Below, in pieces: positions 56,110 to 64,000 of a stretch of DNA of 64,000 nt. The notes beneath the pieces were generated by a model. It had not been told where the DNA came from and did no database searches. It saw only the letters and a program-made list of their open reading frames with translations. The position numbers were made by a program, and so were the translations under genes. How positions within the stretch are numbered: the first letter of the stretch is position 1; every line of letters begins with the position of its first letter. Source of the DNA: Blastocystis sp. Blastoise (taxonomy: Eukaryota > Protista > Bigyra: Opalinata); contig JBBPEB010000033.1 of the NCBI GenBank assembly GCA_039096225.1, forward strand, positions 1,199,475-1,263,474. Direction: 5' to 3'.

Positions 56110-59100
56110 ATAAATGTTTCTAAAAATAATAAATATTTAAAAATAATAAAAAAGTAAATAATATTATACAAAACAAATAAATATAAGATAAAAGATTTAT
56201 TACAAAAGAAACAAGACAATATAAAAAAATAAAAAAAAATATATATAATAATAAAATGAATCAAATTGAATTAATTATAATAAAAGAAAGAAAAAATAAA
56301 TATATATAAAATAATTAATAAAAAAAATTAATTAAATAGAGATAATTTTTTTGTTTTGAGATTCATTTTTATTACTATAAGAATGTTTACGAGTTGAAGA
56401 TGATTTTATATATCCTTTAATAGAATTATTATTATTATTATTATTATTATTATAACTACTATTACGACGACGTTTTTTATTTGATAATAATCTTTTTATA
56501 ATATAAATAAGAATAGGAATAATAATAATAGATAATAATAGAATAATAATAAGAATACCCCATATAGGGAAAGAATTATTATTTTCAATAACATTTAATA
56601 ATATTTTAGCATCAACATATCCTTTTTCATTAGCACATACTATTCTGTATTGAGTTTCATTTAATAAACAATTAGGTATACCACTTATTATTCCATTAGT
56701 ATTATTAAATTGTAATCCACAACTAGTAAATGGAATCATAGAACAATTAATTTCTGCACCTTCTAATTTTGGTATTATTTCAAAATATTCATTTAATATT
56801 AAACTTTTACTTGTATAAGGATATTCAAGTAATTTTGGTTTATTTAATATACAATATTTATATTCTTCTTCATTTAATATACCATCTTTACAGAATCTAC
56901 GATATTCACCATTATAATATAAAGGACATTGTTTAAATGCCCATTCATTATTTAATGAAGCACGATAACCATCACTAGTTTCTTTACAACCATTTTTATC
57001 ATCTATTATATCAGTATACATTCCTATTTCAGCTAATTGAAAACCATGTTGTTTACCTGTATATATATTACATTCTTCTTCTTCATTATTATCTATAGCT
57101 TTATTTAAACATTCACGAACAACTAATCTATATTCACGATAAGATTTCTTATTATAAAATGTATATCTCTCACTTTGAGAATAAGATGTAAAACTAACAT
57201 TCTTCATATAATGTAATGTATACCAACTATATCCATCATCAGATCCTTCAAATGAATATTCAGATGGATGACGTATATTACATGTTTTACCACTTGTTAT
57301 ACTATATCCATTTATATAATCAGATCTACCTTTTCCATAATCATATATATATGTAGCACCTTTACATCTAGGACCTGTTAAATATTCTGTATCTTTATTA
57401 TTATCATATAAATTATATATATTAGGATATTCTTGTATATCACCTGTTGCACTTCCACCAACTACTCTATAACTATTTATATTTGATAAATATATACTAC
57501 TATCAAAATCAACTTCTTTCTGTTCTTTCTCAGATCTATGTATTTCTACACTTATTATATTATAACCAGAATGTAATGAACTATATTGAAGACTTAAACT
57601 TATTTGTAATTTATTTAATAAATAATCTTGATTTAATGCATATGTAGAAGATATTATAGAACCATTAGGCATATTATAACGATATATTTCTTCACCATTT
57701 ATATATACAATAATACCTATTCTTGTTTCAAAATGAAATATACAACTTGTATAACTATTATAATTATCTATAAAAAACTTATTTCTATAATAGGATGTTA
57801 TTCCTTTATTTATTGTAAAATTATTTGGTAATAATAATTCCCATTTACTATCATCATATATATTATTATTCCAATTATTATCTACTTCTTCTAATTCATT
57901 ATATACTCTCCATTTTGTTATTTTTGGAGCTAATATATATCCTATATTAAATGATTCACTCTTTATTCTTTCATTCTTACTTAATGATCCTTTTTGTATT
58001 ATTTCATTATCAAATGTATCTATTTCATAATAACCATTACCCCAACCACTTCCATCATGATCTCCTATTATTATTGTATATATATCAATTGGTAAACAAT
58101 AACTAAATATTACTGTAGAATCAGATATTAAAGAATCTAAATTATCTATAATATCTTCATTATGTTTTAAACTATATATATAATTTGATCCATCACTATC
58201 TGTTATTAATTTTATTAATAATATTGTATTTGGATAATCACATGTTTTTATATCTATATGTATTATAGTACTTGATATTGTACCATTAGGAGCTAATGCT
58301 GATATTGTATGATCTTTAGAATATAATGTATTAGGTATACCACGAATAGAACCTGTTGTTGTATCTAATTCTAATGGTAATTCTAATGATGGATATATTA
58401 CAAAATTTGTATATAAATCAGAATTTGGTACTAATTCACGAAATTTATATCCTATATATCCAATAATTGAATTTGTTTGAAATTGTAATGGAGAAGGTAA
58501 TAATGAATTTACATTATCATTTAATAAATATATTTCAGCTAATGAATATCCATAAGGAATTATTGAAGGATCAGCATTCTCTATAAATGAAAATCTATAA
58601 TATCTCCAACTATTCTTATTTATAGGTAAATAAAAACAACGTGTTTGTCTTCTACCTGAAAAATATGCATTAAATACACTATTTAATAATTTATATTCTT
58701 TATTATCATTACTACCATATATATTCCAATCAGATGGATCTAAATTATAAGAATTACCTGAAGATACAAAACAATATTTATTTATATATTCAGAACGTGT
58801 ATATTGATAATCTAATGTTATATTTACACTAAATATATTCTTTTTACTTATTTCCCAATATGTAGTATGACATAAATCAAATAATAATTTTGTATTACTA
58901 CTTGTTACAGATGAACTATATTGTGCATTCCAATATCTTGAAAAACTAGATCTTGATTTTGTTAATAATAATATACCATCAAATTCTATATTATTTATTG
59001 ACATTATTGAAGAATTCTCTAAATAAATACTTATTATATTTATTCCTTTTATTAAATAATCTAATGATCCTGATATTGTTACCCATTCCATATCATTTAT

Positions 59101-59869
59101 TGTAGATTTCTTTGGTATAGGAAGAGAAGAAGAATAAAAATATTTATTATTTATATATATAGTATAATTATTATTTGCTTTAAAATGAAGATCAAAACTA
59201 TTTGTATTTATTAATGATAATTCTTCTATATTAAATTTATTTCTTAATAACCATATAGAAGATGTAATAGGAATTGAAGGAGTTATTATTTCATTTAATG
59301 TAGGATAAAGTGTTATCCAATTTGTATCATCATAATTTATTATATTCCAATTTTCTTCTATATTTCCTTGATGTAATTTCCAATTTATTGAAGAACTACC
59401 AATTAACATAGAATTCGATAAAGGAATAGACATTTCATATTTACGTGTTAATGTAAATTCACTTATAGGATAAGTTTCATTATAATGACGTATTAAATAT
59501 GTTAATTTAGATCCTACACCCCATGTTCCACTTGGATTTAATAATTTTATTGTATAGGATGTATTTGTAGGAATACATAAATTTATTATTTTATTTCCTG
59601 TATTCTTTAAAAATGTTATAGATTTATAATATTCTTTTATAGAATTATATAAAATAAAGGATTCACCTTCTGTATTTCCTGTTTCTTTTATAAATTGAAT
59701 ACCCATATAATTTGGATAATTACAACCTATATTATATATATATATTATTTATTTATTTATTATTTTATATATATATATACCTTTAATATTTAAATGAATA
59801 GTACAATTATATATTATATTTGTATTCATATTTATTGCAGTTATTATATAATCTTCTATATATATATTA

Positions 59870-59909
<40 letters not shown>

Positions 59910-60724
59910 ATATATATATATATACGTATTGTTTCATAAATAGGAAATCCAGTAATATATCCATTATTCTGATCAAAATGAAGATATAAAGGAAGAGAAG
60001 GAGTAATAGAATAATCTTTATAACCACTTGAAATAGGATATAAAAATATTTCTTCATTTTGTGCAAATATATCTACATTATTTATATTATATACTAAACT
60101 ATCTAATGGAATTATTGGATAATTACAACTATATATTTGAAATTCAGCTAATGATAATTTATTTATTCTTGTTCCTTCATCTATAATAATAATAATATTA
60201 TATTATTATTATATATATATATATATATATATACCAATATGTAACCATAATTGACTAAATGCTAAATCATTACTTCGAATATTAAATAATTTCTTTTCAT
60301 TATTTCCCCATGTTGTTATATTTACTTTTCTATCTAATATTCTCCATAAAGAAGGATTATCAATAGAAGTATAAGGAGATATAGAACCATATAATGTCCA
60401 TGTAATAGGTTTACCATAACTATCCCAACTAGCACTTATTATACTATAACTATTAACCCATCTTTTACTATATATATATATATTATTATTAATTATATAT
60501 ATATATACGTATTATTAGCAAATATATATGTAAAATCTAATGAACCATTTCTATATAAATAAAATTCAGTATTTAAATCATTATCTACAATCTTCTCACA
60601 ATTTCCTTTTGAAACAGGATTATCAGGAATACAGGTAGGTATACCATGACTTATTAAATTACTACTACATTCTATATATTATATATTATATTATATATTA
60701 TTATTATTATATTATTATATATTA

Positions 60725-60780
<56 letters not shown>

Positions 60781-60933
60781 CGATAAGAAGGTAAATTAAT
60801 TTCTAATATCATAATAGATGTTCGATCATTTCGAGGAATATCTCCTATATATTGATGAATTTCTATTCCAATAGTAAATGAACTCTTTGAAGCAAAATAA
60901 CGTTTATTTATATTAAATCTATATATATATATA

Positions 60934-60969
<36 letters not shown>

Positions 60970-61038
60970 CTTTATTGGTATTAATTCATTAGAATGAATT
61001 GATAAAGAAGATGTTTCACCTGTTATTATTCCACTATT

Positions 61039-61071
<33 letters not shown>

Positions 61072-61640
61072 TATATATACTCTGGCATATTATATCTATA
61101 GATTTCATTTCCTTCTATATAAGCTATTATACCACTATCTCCATTAATTAATATATTTAAAGTATCTAATTCATCTTTATTTGTAGGAATAATAGTTTGA
61201 CGATAATATCTTGTTATTACTTCATATTGAGGGAAACGACTTGATGTAGCTGTTGGCCAATCAGATACATCAAATGTACTAGTACTCCAATCACTATTCT
61301 CTTTTATCTTATCAGAATATTTCCATAAGGATTTTAAATTTATTATTGGATTTACTATATATTATTATTATTATTTATATAATATATAATAATAATAATA
61401 ATATAATAAAATACTTGAAAATGTACGAACATCTTTCTTATAATCATAACCACCTTTATATATCATATCAGCTGTATATATTTCATAACCATCATAAGTT
61501 ATATAAGCAGGTGCTTCATGATTCTCACTTCCCCAACCATCACCACCACTATATTTATTATTATATATTGATTATATATTATTATTAAATTAATAAAATA
61601 TATAAATAAATAAATAAACATAATAAAATAAAATAAATAA

Positions 61641-61671
<31 letters not shown>

Positions 61672-62741
61672 ATATAATAAAATAAATAAATAAATAAACA
61701 TAATAAACATAATAAAATAAAATAAATAAATAAAATAAATAAATAAATAAATAAACATAATAAAATAAAATAAATAAATAAACATAATAAACATAATAAA
61801 ATAAATTAAAATATAATAAATACGAATCATGCATCACTATTGTATATTCACCTTCTTCACCACATATACTAAATAACTGAGTTTCACCTTTCGTATCACC
61901 TTGACATTTCACTAACAACTTACCTGTTGATTCATCACCCAAATATAACTCAAACGATTCTTCTTGATACTTATACGTAAATATTTTACGAATATTTATC
62001 TCAAAATAAGGAGATTCACAAGAAAGACTCTCTATTTCTATTATTTTATTCATTTATTATATATACCTATTCTTATTAAAAATATTAATAAACTTAAAAT
62101 CAACAAGCTATTCATTATTTTATTATTTTTAAATAATATATATATTAAGATTTCATTTCTCTTTCTTTTTTGGTTATTCTCTTCTTTTCTCGTCTAATTT
62201 TACATATTTCAAAAGATCTTTTTGAAACGTATAAACGAGAAATTTTTAGAAATTTATTTTTCTTTTGTCTTTTGTCTTTTGTGTTTTTTATCTCATTCTT
62301 ATTTATGAAACCATATTCGTCATCATTCTTATATTATTCTATTATTCTATTTAAATGTATTTTATTCTTGTAATTGATTATTTATTGAAAGTATATTCTT
62401 TTATTTTTTATATTATTTAATTTATTAGTATTTTTAATTTATTATTATTTTTAATTTATTATAAATAAAATATTATTAATCTATAAAACAAAAACAAAAA
62501 GAAGAAGAAGAAAAGTATCAAATAAGAAATGAGAAATGAAACGTCAATAGATATCGTCATCTGTTTTATTTCCATGATTATTTTAATTGTTTATTTGTTT
62601 TTCTTTTTAATTCTTTTTTCTCTTTTTTTTCTTTTTTTATAAATAAATAATAATTCTTTTTTTAATATTGTTTATAATATTAAGAAAAAAATAATAAAAC
62701 AATAATTTCTTTTTTATTTAAATTAACTTTTAACAACTATA
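56110..62741. repeat. Right arm of ~6.6 kb inverted segmental duplication
   Basis: Mirror ORF set in the track (44560..47949+ vs 56332..59706-, 42213..42767+ vs 61499..62053-) and matching intron microsatellites. Confidence 0.95.
56332..62115 (-). CDS. Large type I membrane surface protein (copy B), near-identical inverted paralog of 42151-47949
   Basis: Same exon chain in reverse complement; differs by M>T in GD[M/T]KGE and a poly-Asn tract five residues shorter. Confidence 0.8.
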
Positions 62742-62870
62742 CACTGTTATTCTGTTTTCACGGGAGGAAAAAAGCGACAAATGAGAATTCCTGACTTGTT
62801 TATTATCAGATTTTTTAAGACAGTAAGTATAAGAGTTACACGGGAAATCGAATAAATAAAAATTGATTTT

Positions 62871-63143
62871 ATTGGATTAAATAATTTTAGTGGCAAATAA
62901 ACTGAAGGTTTTTATTTAACTTTAACCAATGAAAGTATTAATAAAACTACAGAGAAAATTATAGAATTTTCTTTTTCTAAACAGTAATCAAATTAAAATG
63001 TTTCTATTGGATTAAATAGTTATAATGACAAATGAACTGACTGCTTTTATTTGACTTTAACCAATGATAGTATTAAGAAACTACAAAATGGAAACAATAA
63101 CATTTTCAGTTTTTAACAAATAATCATCTAAAAAAGTTTTTAT
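62871..63143. repeat. Imperfect two-copy tandem duplication of ~135 bp
   Basis: attggattaaata...actga...tttattt.actttaaccaatga.agtatta..aaactaca...taatca occurs from 62871 and again from 63006. Confidence 0.85.
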
Positions 63144-64000
63144 TCTAATAGATATATTATCATATCCTAGAAGTTTTAGTTTTTTTTAAATTTTGTATTA
63201 TATGTATGAAGCAATTAATAACAAAAAAACATCACAAAGCAATATAATAAAATAATTAACAAAAACAATTTATAAAATAATAATAAAACACCTATAATAA
63301 AATGAATTATCATAAGATTTTCCTTTTTTATTTAATGGCAAACTCTATTTGAAATAATTACTATATATAAATAAATTAACAATAAAGATAATATATATTT
63401 TACCTTTTTCTTTTGATTGAATAAAATTATACCAACTGAATACTATAAAATATAATTAATAATAAATTGTAATGAAATATTTATATACTAACAACGAAAA
63501 AATATATATCGATTTGAACCTTCTTCCAGTTAAAGTGGTCTTGCCTATATAAGAAATAAAATAGATTATAGTAATAATTAGAAATTAAAAGAATATATAT
63601 ATATATATATACCCGATTAACATTAGTTTTGCTTCTACTGTTAACAATTCTAATAGTTATCAGAAATCCTATACAATGTATGCTATTAATTTAAAAGAAT
63701 AATAGATTACTGGAAACTCAATTCATTTTTTTCTAGCAATAATAACTATAATATGATTTAATAAACTTAGTTATTAAGAATATACAGCTTTGTTTGATAA
63801 TATAGCATTTACTAAAATAAAATATGAAAACAAAACAATAAATAATAAACACAAAGCAACTTTAATAATAAAAAGATTTATTTTTTGTGGCTAGAAATTA
63901 TCAAATAGAAATTGGGAATCCTATTGACACATATTGTGTTTAACTCTGTCATAGCAACTCGTCAGATCGTTTATTATGACGCAGTTTGTTTTATATTCAT

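Noticed and set aside
41534-62741. Composite transposon or Maverick-like element interpretation of the inverted arms
   Set aside because: No transposase, integrase or polymerase, no target-site duplication, and the cargo is intron-containing housekeeping genes.
63480-63740. Possible minus-strand exons near the window end
   Set aside because: Splice-like boundaries exist, but only a short peptide with no recognisable motif can be assembled; not supportable here.

Overview
Very AT-rich, gene-dense, intron-rich eukaryotic nuclear DNA; no prokaryotic operons, rRNA, tRNA, CRISPR array or recognisable transposon. The mix of short 5' introns, complex I and mitoribosome subunits, a gut-bacterial-type NagD and large Ig/carbohydrate-binding type I membrane proteins resembles an AT-rich Blastocystis-like stramenopile (inference, not verified). 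I reconstructed about 19 genes by hand, most of them spliced: a Zn-ribbon/Pro-Tyr protein (partial), a GT49-like glycosyltransferase, an inositol polyphosphate kinase, a PH-RCC1-TBC protein, a small HSP, a TMEM170-like protein, a NagD-type HAD phosphatase, NDUFS4, YciI, short RNase Z, GlyRS, RRS1, a PurD(GARS)-glucuronokinase fusion, TOR, two inverted copies of a modular surface protein, DAP3/mS29, deoxyhypusine synthase and PWP1. Top observations: (1) an in-frame, spliced fusion of purine-pathway GAR synthetase to a plant-type glucuronokinase; (2) introns bounded by, or made only of, self-complementary (UA)n and (AAU)n/(AUU)n repeats, often with no polypyrimidine tract; (3) a near-identical ~6.6 kb inverted duplication enclosing three housekeeping genes; (4) a TOR with altered FATC and FRB residues; (5) TAA as the only stop codon seen. 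Most hydrophobic I/Y/L-rich ORFs in the supplied track are microsatellite artefacts.
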